Part shown: positions 1 to 12,645 of the stretch, piece by piece
How positions within the stretch are numbered: the first letter of the stretch is position 1
Layout: each line of letters starts with the position of its first letter
NCBI GenBank assembly: GCA_027604505.1
Contig: JADIIX010000082.1
Span: forward strand, 1 to 64,000
DNA: 64,000 bases
Reading direction: 5' to 3'
Origin: Gonapodya sp. JEL0774
Taxonomy: Eukaryota
Position numbers and translations under genes: made by a program
The notes under the pieces: generated by a model
Databases searched by the model: none
What the model was told of the DNA's origin: nothing
Seen by the model: the letters and a program-made list of their open reading frames with translations, nothing else

Positions 1-1739
1 GCTGCTCAAAGAGTCATCTTTAACCGGGATGCACCTGCTGCAAGAAACATGGCCATTGCTGCTGTGCATTACTCCCGTACAGGTCGACGGCTACCCTGGA
101 ATAGAGGTCCACATGCCCTTCAACCAGACCCAGCAAGGTGGCAGGAGGCGTTGCAAGCTGCTGGGCTGCAGAGTCCTCCTCTTCATCCTGGTGGTGGTGG
201 TCCTCCTGGTCCTCCTGGCGGCGGTGGCGGTCCTCCTGGTGGCGGCAGCGGTCCTCCTGGTCCTCCTAGCGGTGGCGGTCCTCCTGGTCCTCCGGGCGGC
301 AGCAGCGGTCCTCCTGGTCCTCCTAGTGGCAGTGGCGGTCCTCCTGGTCCTCCGGGCAGCAGCGGCGGTCCTCCTGGTCCTCCTAGTGGCAGTGGCGGTC
401 CTCCTAGTGGCGGCTGTGGTCCTCCCAGTCCTCCTGGTGGTGGCGGCTCTCCTCCCAGCCCTCCTGGCGGCAGTGGCAGTCCTCCCAGTCCTTGTGGTGG
501 TGGTGGTTCTCACGGCACTTCTGGCGGTGGTGGTTCTGGCAGTCCACCTGGCAGCACTGCTTCCCACCCCTTTCCCCGAGATCCTGGCAGCTGCAGCCAT
601 CCTCTTACTCCTCTTGGTAGCAGTGGTCCTTCTGGCCCTCACGGTGGCCGCGGTGGGCCTTTTGCATCTTCTCTGGGTGCAGATGGACGGGTGGTACCTG
701 GAGAAGGTGGTGGTAGAGGTCAGGTGGCCAGCCATGAGCATGTTCGTGGGCGTCCCCGGCAACTTGAGCGGGGCGGAAACCGAGCCCGCAATCGCGTTGC
801 AAGCGTAGACAGGAGATCAGAGACTTCACTTTGTTCTTTGACATCATCCTCAAAACAGCAGCCGAAGAATAGTGGGATCAGAGTGAATGGTCGATCTGAC
901 TGCAATGGTAAGTACTTGCTGGACTGTATCTGCTGTGTTTCACTGCGGTCAAGATGATGATCTCCTGTGTTTTGCCTTGAAAATGTGTAGATCTTTCGAG
1001 CGACAACAGTCCTCCTGACTCACAGCCTCCACGGTCTTCTACAAGGAGAAATAGGGACGGGCGGGGGAGAACAGGTCGTGGGAAGGGTTTGGGTGCAGAT
1101 GAAGGGGGTGGGGCAAAGGGCATCTTGTTACACGATCTTGTTTCTTGATTGGTCTCTTATCTCATACCGTTAGGTAAGGGTCATGCTGTCGGCACTGACG
1201 TTTGATTTATCTCCAACGCTGTTGAGAAAATATTTGCTCATTTGAATCCTTTCTGCCAACCTCTCTGCCAACGACACTTGAATATCTTGCGAATGCAGTC
1301 CACGTACAAAAGTCCCAAACCAGGCAGATTGGTACAACACACCCCTGGTGTCTTGATCGTTGGAATTTGCCCCACAAGAAGGTAACCCTGAGAGAAGCGG
1401 ATGGATGGAGGAGAGAGTGTGAGAAAGGGAGCGACGCCTAACTAGCCTCGCGATTGGCCCCTGCACAGTGAGGACTGGAATCTGTGTGGCATGGTGGCCG
1501 CTGAGCAGAAGAAATCTGACCGGGAGGAGTCAGATGTGCTCAGCACAAGAAGATCTTGGCCCCTGGGTATCTGCGAGGACTTCGCATTTTTGGTTGCCTG
1601 CCTATCACGGCAACGCAGTACTCTGATGGGAGCCTATCTTGAAGGCATTATAGAATGCATAGTCCGCGAAAGAATGATTGAAATATACAGGGCTTCAACA
1701 AACTTGAGATTGCATAGCATGTGTAGCATGTTTCGGTGA
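1..1739 (+). CDS. Partial multi-exon gene, hypothetical protein with Gly/Pro/Ser-rich (GGPPGPP) tract; 5' end outside window
   Basis: Frame of ORF 49..957 is open from base 1; GTAAGT donor at ~908 and TAG acceptor at ~990; a further intron (~1382-1468, CTAAC branch) leads into ORF 1491..1739. No recognisable domain; 3' end uncertain. Confidence 0.4.
190..560 (+). repeat. Imperfect coding tandem repeat (GGCGGTCCTCCTGGTCCTCC units, ~57-60 bp higher-order period)
   Basis: Directly visible repeated ggtcctcctggtcctcc motifs; explains the long low-complexity ORFs in three frames. Confidence 0.9.
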
Positions 1740-2207
1740 TGGGTGCATCGGGGACGAGGCCATCAGCAGCCTAGCCTCGGTGGAGCCAATTTTCCGGACG
1801 ATGTCTATTCCAGTGGCACTTTTCAAGTGATGGCGGGCAGAAAGTGACGGGAAAGACGAACGAACGCGGGTTCGGGCGGGTGCTTCCTTTAGGTGCTGCC
1901 TGGCCGCAGACATGACATCCCCCTTTCGGCCTCAATAAATTTCAGGAATGTGAGTATGGACGGCCGACGCTTTCACCATAGTCGATTCAGAACGATCACA
2001 TTGCATAAAATTGGCTATTTGGACACGGTGTTTACGTATTCCCTGGGTATATCTGATCCCACGAGATTGACCACTATAATGTCTGGTGTAAACTGAGTCA
2101 GGTGTCGCCGACTGTCCCATCTAGTAGGGTTCTCTTACCTTCACTGCCATCGTCCACGTAAGAAACGCAAAGATGCGTTTTGGTATCCAACTCTCCCTTA
2201 TACTCGG

Positions 2208-4647
2208 CTACCAAGTATTCGATTTGTCGGAACTCTTCTTCTGAGAGGACATCTTGAACAACGATACATTAGCAGAGTCAGAGTCGGATATTCGCATCAC
2301 ATCGCGTGCTTGTGTCTCACTATGGGCAAGGTTAAGCTCGCGCATTTCGTCATCCTCGCAGAAAGCTTTGACAAGTTCGTATAAACCATCGAACCCAATG
2401 CTGCCACCTAGAGTAACAATATGTAAATACTTTATGACTGTCGTACATTGCAAACTCACCTCTCAAGTTTAGTACTCTAATGCTCTTGTTTTGAAGTATT
2501 GTCGATGCAAGAGTCATTGCACCTTCTGTGCCAATTTCTGGGTTGTCTGAAGATAATTTGTTTGTCAAAACACACTTCGGATGTACACATGGTACTTTGA
2601 TCACTGACCGTAGAGAGATATGTAGGAGAGTTTTCTGTTTTCCAACAAAGCATTTGAAAGGTGTTTGACACCATCATCAGTTATTTCACACCCTGATGTA
2701 ACGAAAAACCATATGCTCTCTTCCAAACAAGAAAAAAAAATCGCTCTCTGCACAAATTCTTGCCTGCTAACCCAAGTTCCTCAAGTTGAGTGCTTTCATT
2801 TTGCAGCGAATGGGCTAAGTACATTATACCCTCGTCACCGATCTTGGAATTGTCTAATAACGGGGGTTTGTTTTTTCGATTGGATTAGCGAACGCATCTG
2901 TACAGAAAATGCACTTTCTTACAGGAAAGACGTAGGAACGTCAAGCTCAGCTTTTCGGGTAGGATATCGGCAAGATATTTGGTGCCTTGAGATGTGATGT
3001 TGTTCTCTGCACGCAGTATAATTTCATTTAGATTATTGCTGTATCGTATTTCACAGTGCAAGTACCTCCAAGGAGCAACTTTTTCAAGCGCCATTTGTCG
3101 TTTTTCAGTGCAGCGGCAATTGCTAAGACTCCATCATCATCAATGGCTTTTGCTGATGCATGATACGTGAGCATGAGATATTTGAATGGAACAGAGAAAA
3201 GCAAGCAAAGTTTCACCTTCTAGTGAAAGAATAGTGACGCGCACAAAATTACTGCGCGAGAGAAGGTCAAACACGCGTTTCAACTCTTCAAAGTTTGGTT
3301 TCCACGCTGCGAAAATGTGTCAAACGGAAGGAACGTGTGCCTCGTTGGGCTGGGACATACACTCACGACTCAAGTTTGGTCTATCATCAGTCCGTAACAT
3401 CTGCAGCACTTCAGATAGGCCCACGGGTGAAAGTGTGCGAAAAGAATCTTTAAACATCGTCAGTTTATCCACCAAATCTTCATATTGTTGATCCAGTTTC
3501 CATTTGATGGATTCAACACTTCGGTCCTGCTTTGCAAGCTCTTCAGTGACGGTTTTTTGCAGATACAAGATACCGGTGACGTTCTCGGCAATGTATGCCG
3601 TGTCTCTCAGAATGGCTTCAAGATCCTGCTTGACGTCTTGTTCGATCATCTTCTGCGTTGCTTGCACTGTATCGCTGGTCCATTTCAAAGTCCCCAGCTG
3701 CAAAATAAAGAATGTAGTTTTCTGCTCGTTATTGAAAAGTTGGATGGAACATACAGCCTGAACTAACGAATAACGTACCTGCAATGCTTGTATGTCGGTG
3801 TCTATCTGCATATGGAACTCCTTCAGCGTGGTTTCTACAGTCTTAGATGCCACGAGCTGCCGAAGAGGACCAGCCTTTCTTTGTACAACCAGATAATTCT
3901 GGATCCCGCTCATGTGACTTGTAAAGCGTGAGGCGTAACCAATTCGGCTATGAAGCGTGATGTACGATACCTACGTGATGAATCTATGATATGCATCTCG
4001 CAAATGCTCGGGGATAGTATTATCGTCCTTCAACGTGTAGCTCTCTCCCGCGTCTAAAATGATTGAATCTTCATCGGGACTTCCAAAATCAATAAGTTGG
4101 TTGTGTACAAAATTGACAGGTACGGGTCATATCTCACGTTCTTCTTTTCAGAAGTTGGGCACGCAGTCCTTCTAAGACGAGTCGAAAGGGCCCAGTAATG
4201 GTGTCCGTGTTCCGACTTTGTCTGTCAATGTCACGTGGGTCGAGTGGTAGTTTTGGAAAGGTCCGATAACTTTCAACGAGATGAAAACGGCATTGAAACT
4301 AACCCACCAGGAGCATTGCTAGTTGTGACTGATTTTTTCACTTCACCATTGATAGCCTGAATGATGTTTGAGATGCGATGTGCCAGTCCGATTGCCAAGT
4401 GTCTGTTGTTTTTCATGCCGTAAGCCAAATCATACATCAAGAGCCCAGTTTTCCAGAGATTCTCAAGCCCTGGCACGGGAACAAAGTCGAGAGCGGCCAG
4501 AATTGTCTCGCTGCCAGCCACGCTTCGCAGGAGAGTCGCGATATCAGAAGCAAGTGATTGCTGGTGCTTTTCAGGCTCCACTGAACTCTCCGCCGCAGCT
4601 GCCACGTCGCTAACTGTGTCTGCATTAGCGTATTGCCTCGATTCCAT
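2208..4647 (-). CDS. MLKL-like N-terminal helical domain + RNI-like leucine-rich repeat protein (multi-exon)
   Basis: N-terminal LAALDFVPVPGL..LAYGMKNNRHLAIGLAHRI resembles fungal MLKL-NTD/HeLo-like 4-helix domains. Short downstream exons encode RI-type LRRs (IDDDGVLAIAAALKNDKWRLKKLLL; ITSQGTKYLADILPEKLSLTFLRLS; ITDDGVKHLSNALLEN; IGTEGAMTLASTILQNKSIRVLNL). Start taken as the ATG at 4647. Confidence 0.7.
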
Positions 4648-4832
4648 CTGTGGTGGGTCCCTCTTCAGAAGAAAGTCCAAAAAAGGACAGTACCGAGGCC
4701 TGGGTCAGATCAAAGACCTCTGCATCCTTCCAGTAAACCATCAAACTCATGTGATCGAGATGTGAAGATTTTCTGCAGGCATGATGGGATGATTCCGTTC
4801 TCTCTCTTCTCCGACAATTTATTTCCATTTTT

Positions 4833-5150
4833 CTATTTGCGTACATCAACATCTACCACTTGGATGCCCTCAATTATATCAACGGCCGAGACACAGAAAG
4901 CAAAAGTCACGTATGTCGTCCAAGTTTCCCCAATCTGCCCAAGATTATCCACTTGCGCTCCGCCAGTTTCCTGTACAAGCTTTGCAAACCAACCGTCCTT
5001 GACATCCACCAGTTCCGCAGGCGTTCCTACTTCCACGACCTTCCCCTGACTCATCACCACAATGGTATCGTACTCAATAATGGTTTGGATTTTGTGTCCG
5101 ATCGTTACAATCGTTGACATCTCAAACACGTCCGAGCTCCGTAAAGACAC
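4833..5150 (-). pseudogene. Orphan C-terminal fragment of an ABCC/MRP-type ABC transporter NBD2
   Basis: TIVTIGHKIQTIIEYDTIVVMSQGKVVEVGTPAELV..DGWFAKLVQETG matches the H-switch-to-C-terminus segment of ABCC transporters. Only ~290 bp separate it from the upstream AKR stop, so there is no room for the rest of the gene. Confidence 0.7.
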
Positions 5151-5442
5151 CTCTAAGATAAATTTTTTAAGAATGGCAGATTCCTACCACGATTATATCG
5201 AAAAGTCCCGCTAAACAACACCGAAATCTTGAAGTCCGATTACAATGTGCTGCACTCGGTCCCTTTCTGCGTGAGGTGGGATGCGGCTGCCCAACCAGCC
5301 TAGCTTCATTTCGTCATTGCAGCGGACTGGCACGAGCGACTTCCGATACTCACAAATCTTCTCTCACAACACAAGGCAATTGACCGGCGCTGAACCATAG
5401 ATTGTATATTATTCAATCGGATTGTGCATACACTGCTCCCTT

Positions 5443-6723
5443 CTAAGTCAACGCGGGAGTATCTGCATACGTGTACCCCATCATCATGTCAGGATACCTG
5501 CCCCCGGCAACCTCGGCAGCCTCCACAGCTTTACGTATCTCCGCCGATTCCTCGTCCGTGAGCTGGACACTCAGAGAACCTAAATTCTCCACCAATCGCT
5601 CCAAGTTTGTCGTGCCCGGGATTGGAATGACGCTCGGGTCTTGTCGAAGGAGCCACGCGAGAGTGATTTGAGACGGTGTACAGCCCTTGAGCTTCGCAAA
5701 GCGTTCGAGGGTCGCGACACCCTCAAGGTTCTTGGGGAAGTTCTCCTCTGAAAAGCGAGGGAGGTACTTGCGGAAGTCGGTGGGATCGAAGTCTGCTGGT
5801 GATTTGTACGCCCCCGACAGGATGCCGCGGCCCAGGGGCGAGTACGCGACGATCGCAGTTCCGAGCTCACGAGCAACGTTGAAGAGATTGATCTGCGGTG
5901 ATTCGATTTCCAGGGCGAAAGGGCCTTGGGGTAAGAGATGTGGTATGTGCGGTTGGTGTCGGGTCATGGGTGAACAAGGTGTTTACATGAGAAGAAGATT
6001 CACGGGGACATTTGCAGGATTGACACGTACTGTACTCAACCTGGATTGCGTCGATGTGTGCAATTTTGCTGGCGCGGCGAAGTGTGTCGGCGGAGATTTC
6101 GGATAGGCCGATGTACTTGATCTTTCCTTCCCTAACGAGACTGTGAATACGAGCATGTTCTGAGCCGCGGAATTCAATTTTAACTTACTGCTGCAACTGC
6201 ACCAAAACCTCCATCGTCTTCTCAATCGGCGTCTTCTTGTCTACTCGATGCACGTAGTAGAGGTCGATGTAGGAGGCGCCCAGCCGTTTCAAACTTTTTT
6301 CGCACGCCTCGCGACAGTATTCGGGTGATGAGTCTACGAAACGGGAGCCGTCTGGGTTGGCCCTGTTGGCGAATTTGGTTGCGAGGAAGATCTTGGAGCG
6401 CTTTTCGGGATTTAAAGCGAGCCATTTGCCAACGAGGTCCTCTGAGTCACCGTACCTGAGAATTCAATTGCCGATCGGAGTTCAAAGGGTAATGTTCGTC
6501 GTTCAAGTCGACGCGGAATGGTGACTCACATATCTGCAGAATCCCAGTTCGTCTCACCAGCTTCAAACGCGGAATCCAAGAACTTGAGTCGCTCTTCATC
6601 AGATTTCTTCGGTCCGTAGAATGCAGAGAGTCCCATGAGGCCAAGACCGATTGCAATGATTTCAGGGCCATTCTTTCCGAGCTTTCGAGTTGGAAGAGGA
6701 GTGGGTGGCTTAACGGGAGACAT
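5443..6723 (-). CDS. Aldo-keto reductase (YakC/AKR13-like), multi-exon
   Basis: [70 protein letters not shown] motifs across exons. Confidence 0.93.
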
Positions 6724-7633
6724 TGATGGTGATTGTGCTTTTTTTTAGTCGTATTTGTGGTGATGCGGTCAATTGATGCCGATTTGGGCAGGCTTGGTTG
6801 TGCTTTTGTAGTCGGCTCACTCGCCTTTGTAACTTCGCAACATTTCAGTTTTGGCGATGTTCGGGTGAGCTAGTTCTAACCTACCCACCTTTGCGTTGAG
6901 ATTCCTCGGCACCACCATGAAATTGCGAGAGATAGGCGACCAGATACACGGATGTATTTCTGTGGATCGAGAGAAAGAGTTCATACTAGTGATGCCCTCT
7001 CCCTGTCAACGGCCCGTTTGATAGCAGCCCCAAACACAATGGAAATACCTACTCCGGCGAGAATCAAGACTCTCAGATATTGGTTTGAGAAACGGTGACA
7101 GTTTTGGAGGCGGTGTGTACAGGTATGACCGATCATGCTACGAAAGCAAGCCCCCATGCAAGCTTGAAAGCATCAACTCTGTTGGCTTGCTGGTTACCAA
7201 CTAAAGAAGCACCGGACTTCCAAACCGGGATTGCTGGCTTGGCCGTTGATAGGCCTTGCACATATCATATGACCGGTAAATAGAGGCCTCTGGCGGAACG
7301 CGCATAAAAGGTATTTGCAGACACACCATGAGTCACAGGAACTGGTGCAGAGTGTTGCTGTGTATCGCCAACAATAACAATAAGTCCACAGAAACCTGGG
7401 CGAGGAGCAAGATCGTTGCTTCGGGCCCCCACGTCAGCCTGGCCCCACGTCAGGGTTTGAACTTCCCGCACCTCCAAAAGCAACGTTCTTCCCAAACAAC
7501 CGTTGCAGCTCTTACGTCGGTATTCGCGGCGCCCTCTCCCCATAACTCGATTTTGCGGGATCAATCGAACATTGGTGCTTCCGAGCTCGGTGACGGACTA
7601 CCCATTACCCCCGTCTTCGAACACTATATTCCC

Positions 7634-9796
7634 ATGGCAACCACTCACACAGACGGTAATACATCAAACCCCAGCAGTACTGGCCTTCGCGTGTTCGAAT
7701 CGCTCTCGCAAGTCTACGAGGACTCCAATCTTGCGGAACAGAAGTGATTACATGGCTTTTCTGGTTACAGATGATAGATGCAAGCACCACACTAATTGGG
7801 GCATTTCGCAAATACGATACCTCAACAAAAAAAAAAAGAGCTCGCTGGATTTCTGTCGCGAAGAAGTTCGAAAAAGCCTTCGGACATGCCCCAACTTTCT
7901 TTGCCCGCAGCCCTGGTGGGTTGCTGGGAGACACACTCCCGATTTTTACAATCATCATTCTGATGGGTTATATTGAATAATGCAGGTCGCGTCAATATCA
8001 TCGGAGAGCACATTGATTACTCGGGCTATTCAGTACTCCCACTGGCCCTGTCAACTCAGGATGTGGTGGTACGTGCCTCCTCCTAAACGTCATCTCAGAC
8101 CCAAGATTGCCATTTCACACTTTTCCATACGCTTCAAAGATGGCAGTTCACTCCCACCCTGGAGCTCCAGCAACTGTCACGGTCCATAACTCGGATCCCG
8201 AAAAGTTTCCCACTCGAAAATTTACTCTTCTGTCCCGCGACGAAGGATACGTAGAGATGGGAGGTAGCTCGGCAGATACCAACGACTGGGTCAACTACTT
8301 GAAGGGTGGTTTTAAGGTTGGTTCCTGTCAGCCACCACATTGTCCTGCAGTACTGGGTGTCATTGTGCAACGTATCCACGTCTCAGAGCATGCTCGATGT
8401 CCTCAATCCACCCACATTGATGAGCCTGGAAATTTTTGTTGATGGTTCAGTGCCGACCGTAAGCTCCTTTCTCGGGGTGTTAGTAAAGCACCACTGCAAC
8501 TCACTGATTTTAAACCGACAGGGAGCTGGTGTCTCCTCATCTGCAGCTTTCATTTGCTCTCTTTGTGAAGCCATCACGCAAGCCTACGGAGGCGTCGCCC
8601 ACCCAGACAAAGGACAGCCTTTCACACTCCACCCGGAGGACCTCGTCCCGCACGCCATCCGCGGAGAACACCTGGCTGGAGTTTCTTGCGGAGGCATGGA
8701 CCAGTCGATTTCTCTGCTCGGGAGGCGAGGATGTTGCTTGACTATTCACTTCGTGCCCAAGCTGAGCGCGGAGGTTGTGGTCGTGCCGGAGGGGGCCAAA
8801 TTCGTGGTTGTGAACACTTGTGTCATGGCGGATAAGAAGGAAACAGCACCGGCGAATTACAACAGAAGAGTTGTCGAGATGAGGGCAGTTTGTGAGTGCT
8901 CACGTTATGTTGGGGGAACCTCATCAAAGTCCTCCACCGATTGTTGGCATGTGACTGTTGTTCGCTTGTTGCAGCTGCGCTTCTGTATAAGCATCACAAC
9001 TTGCCTCTCCCTGCCGCACCCGTGCAACCGACCGTTCGCTCGTTCCAAGACCTCTTCCTCGCCACCCATCAACTACCTCCTTTCACCCCAACAACTGCCC
9101 GTACCGTTTTCGCTAAGCTCAGAGAGCTAGTGGATTCCTTGTTAGGTCCCACGTCTTCGTTTGGGAACCGGTCGTCTTCTGGCTGGACCCGCGCCGACAT
9201 CGCTTCAGAGCTCGGCGACGGTTGGTGGTCGCGCTTCGTCGGCGATATGACCATTGCCGGTGATAGTTTCAAGCTTTACGCTCGCGCTTGTCACGTTTTG
9301 TCGGAATCAGAACGGGTGTTTGCGTTCCGCGAGGTGTGTGAGACGGGTGGTGCAGACGCTTTGAAGGAGCTCGGTCGGCTGATGGATGAGAGCCAAGCGA
9401 GCTGCAGGGACTTGTTTGAGTGCTCGTGTGATGAAATTGATGAGGTGTGCAAAATTGGCCGGTGAGTCCGTTTCTACCCAACCAACGCGGAAGGTTGTTT
9501 GCGTTGCTTTCACCTTCTTACGACCGACTATCGCGTGCCATGGTTTGTTCCCTGTCAATAGCTCTCTTGGCTCTCTAGGCTCGCGCCTGACCGGGGCCGG
9601 TTGGGGAGGCTGCACGGTTCACCTCGTACCAGACAGCGAGATGGAACGCTTCACTGAGGGTATGCTCCGGGAGTATCACTCCAAGCGCTTCCCGCAGAAA
9701 ATAGACGTGCCTGGATGGAAGACGGAAGTGATTTTCGGAGGCAGGCCTGGCGAAGGCGGGGGTATTATCAGTTTGGAGGCTGTAGTGAATGTCTGA
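7634..9796 (+). CDS. GAL1: Galactokinase / GalNAc kinase (GHMP family), multi-exon
   Basis: [37 protein letters not shown] loop, [43 protein letters not shown]. Confidence 0.92.
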
Positions 9797-9976
9797 ACAG
9801 GGTGAGTCTGGGATTCCGAAGGGGAAAAAACGAAAAAGTCCTTTAGTAGCAGTGCGTAAAAGTGTATTTATGATCATATTATTTGGACCGCAAAGGTGTC
9901 AGTGTCAGATACTCGGCCGATCCTTGGGCGGGTCTTGTCGTCACATTCCAGTGATTACAGAGGGGTCCAAATTTCG

Positions 9977-12355
9977 ATGTCTTCCAAGGACGTGGTACTT
10001 AATCTCTCCGCCAGTGAGCGAATCCTTGATTCAGATGTGATGGTTTTCAACCCACCCTCTTCTCTGTGCTGTCTCGTTCAGCTACGTCAAACTCCACGGC
10101 TGCACAGATACGATTTGATATTTTCGCCCTTCTTCCGCGGGAAATTGCTCTGTACATCGCGCAATTCCTCTTCGTTTTTGACTACGATGACCCACCATCG
10201 TGTCCGAAGGAGACAGACGGACAATGGCTCCGACCGCCCTCAACTTGGAGAGACTCCGTCACGAGCGTTTCTGGAGGTCCCACTGAGTCTAACCACTCTG
10301 ACGATACGCTTCTTGTAGAAGTTGGATCAGGAGGAGTCAGGAGGCCACCGCATTTACAGCTGCTCGGAGTTTCTGTCAACGCTCTGCTGGAGTTTTCGAT
10401 GGCGTCTAGGACCTGTTGGGAAATTGCGAACGACGAAGAAGTGTGGAAAGAGGCTTGGTGAGGAACTCGATTCATTCGTTCAAACCCGGGCGTTTTTACA
10501 CTTGTCTACCCCGTGAATTGTCAGTCGCTCGCTCCGAATGAGCAAGAATCAAGATATCCCGACCACTGCATCTGCGTCGTTAATTCATCCCCTGACTCCG
10601 TTCGCGCACCAGCCCCATACACTTGTCACAGAGTACCACCGGTTTCTGCGCTATTCCGCAGAGCGAAATGTCCAAGGATCAGCTGTCGCCAAGGAGGACG
10701 GTTGCTGCGATTCAAATCACACAGAGCGTAGATGTGACGATCGCTGCGATGGGATCACCGCTCGTCGTACAGTGGGAATAGACTCCTTTGTGCAGAACCT
10801 CACGGAAGTGATTCAACTCCGGCGACGGATATACGGGTTGGGAAGAGATAAAGAGATAGATTGGCTCATTGCGGACCAGTCTCTAGATGAACTCCAACTT
10901 GCCTACCACCTTGTTCTCCATCTTTCCTCCGCACCCGTACCTTACTTGTCTCCCGTCCCACCTTTCCAACCATCGGAAATACCGTATATTGAGGTGCCGT
11001 CGCTCAATCTACCTCCTTCATCACCTGACTCACGTCATCAGTGCGTATTTTCTTTCGATCGGTTTGGTGCTCCTCCTGACGATGTCTCACTACCGTACTA
11101 ATTCGCGCCAGTTCCACTCGGCCTGCTGTCAACAGTATCCATTCCGATCCGATTGCTCACTTCCCAACTGTCTATAAGCTCTCCTACACGACCATGGCCC
11201 ATGATCTCTCAAGGACTTTTGTGACTCGAGCGGAGTTGTGCTCTCTGGGCTGGTCATTTTCGTTCCGAAACCCAATGTGGTGGAGGCAGGCAGCTGGGAT
11301 GGTCGCTGGAGTCGATGCTACTGACAAAACTACTGTATGGGCAAAGGTGAGGAAGAAACAAGAGTGGACAAGCATATCTGTTCTTTGTTGATGGAGTGTT
11401 CACACTCTGCGTTGCGCACATAGTTTAGTGCAAATGGGCAATTCACAAGTGGTCTTTTCGAGGAAGGTGTTATCCTTAACTGGCGCTTCTTTGGGGACGA
11501 TGAAGAGCCACTGGCTATGCATTCTTATGTGTCGACACCGAACTCAAGCAACCCCGAACCCCGGCACATCTTCGCTTCAGATTGGACCTATGTCGGCCCC
11601 TGTGACACGGAGCTGCACTCTTCGTATGACGTTCGACCACGCTGGGTTCGCCGCTTTCTTGATGCTGTCACCGGATTGCTTCCAAGCCCGATCATCGAAG
11701 TGGCACGATCGATGTCCAGTTACTTGCCTGGTAGTGGAACTCAAAATGATGCAAATGTGACTGGTGGAAATGGTGAAGCTGGAAATCCACCGAGCCGAAC
11801 GCCAAGGTTGCTCGTGGACCGTTTCCTCTTGGGAACGGGTGCTTCAGTATCTCAATGGGCAGCTCGCACATTAGTGCGAGTCGCACATGGGGTTGCTCAT
11901 GGAGTTACTGATGCGATGGATTTGGTTGCATGGGGGATTGGAGTGCCGCGAAGGGTAACGAGGAGCGCCTCTAATGTTCCCGCCGAACCAGTGGTCGGCG
12001 GTCAAGATACGCTCGATGGAGTGTTGTCAACGGTAGCAGGAGAAGATTCGAGACCTCCAAGTGTGCTTCCGTTCGTGGATCCTGCGAGCGCTCCGAAAGA
12101 CGGCCGTACTCTCCAGCGCTCACCCAAAAGGAGGGTATTTAGGAGGCGAAGATTCATTCAGATTGAGAACTATCCACCCATAGCTGTGCGTAGGAAGCGA
12201 AATGGAGGCTGGTGAGTATTTAGCTGGTCTGGAAGTCGCTTGGAGTGATTGCGAGTTGTTCTCATGAATCCTTTGTGTGGCGATCTGGCAGGCTTCTCCT
12301 CAATCAGTTTGTTCTCTTTGAGTCAGTTGGTCCTTCGCATCCGGATTTTAGATAA
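9977..12355 (+). CDS. F-box-like protein with uncharacterised C-terminal domain, multi-exon
   Basis: FDIFALLPREIALYIAQFL ... FSMASRTCWEIANDEEVWKEA (F-box with insertion). C-terminal ELCSLGWSFSFR ... IQIENYPPIAVRRKRNGGWLLLNQFVLFES. Splice sites give continuous phase at 10014/10081 and 12212/12291. Confidence 0.7.
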
Positions 12356-12645
12356 ACTCTGAATCTCAGAGAAAGCGGAATCGCGTGAAAGGCTTACGAC
12401 ACTTGCTGAAAGATTGCATATGATCGCAATTTGAAAGCGTCACTGCATTTTTTTGGGACCTGGAACCTTTTTTTTTTCTGACTTAGCAGTATTTGAATCT
12501 TTTTTGCCTTTGAAGCGCTGTTGCCCGTTTGGTTTCATCCCCTGTTGCATATGTAACGACAATGAATGATGGTTCGCATATCACGCGCATTATCCACAAT
12601 TGAGGACCATAATCGGACTCGCTTTTCATCGCTCAAATTGCAATT

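Noticed and set aside
29..808. 259-aa poly-Leu/Val/Ala ORF (+) and Arg/Thr-rich ORF 91..762 (-)
   Set aside because: Shadow frames of the GGT-CCT-CCT repeat; the composition is an artefact.
5443..9796. GAL-type metabolic cluster (AKR divergent from galactokinase)
   Set aside because: No GAL7 or GAL10 in the window, and the AKR is YakC-like rather than a clear aldose reductase; adjacency alone is insufficient.
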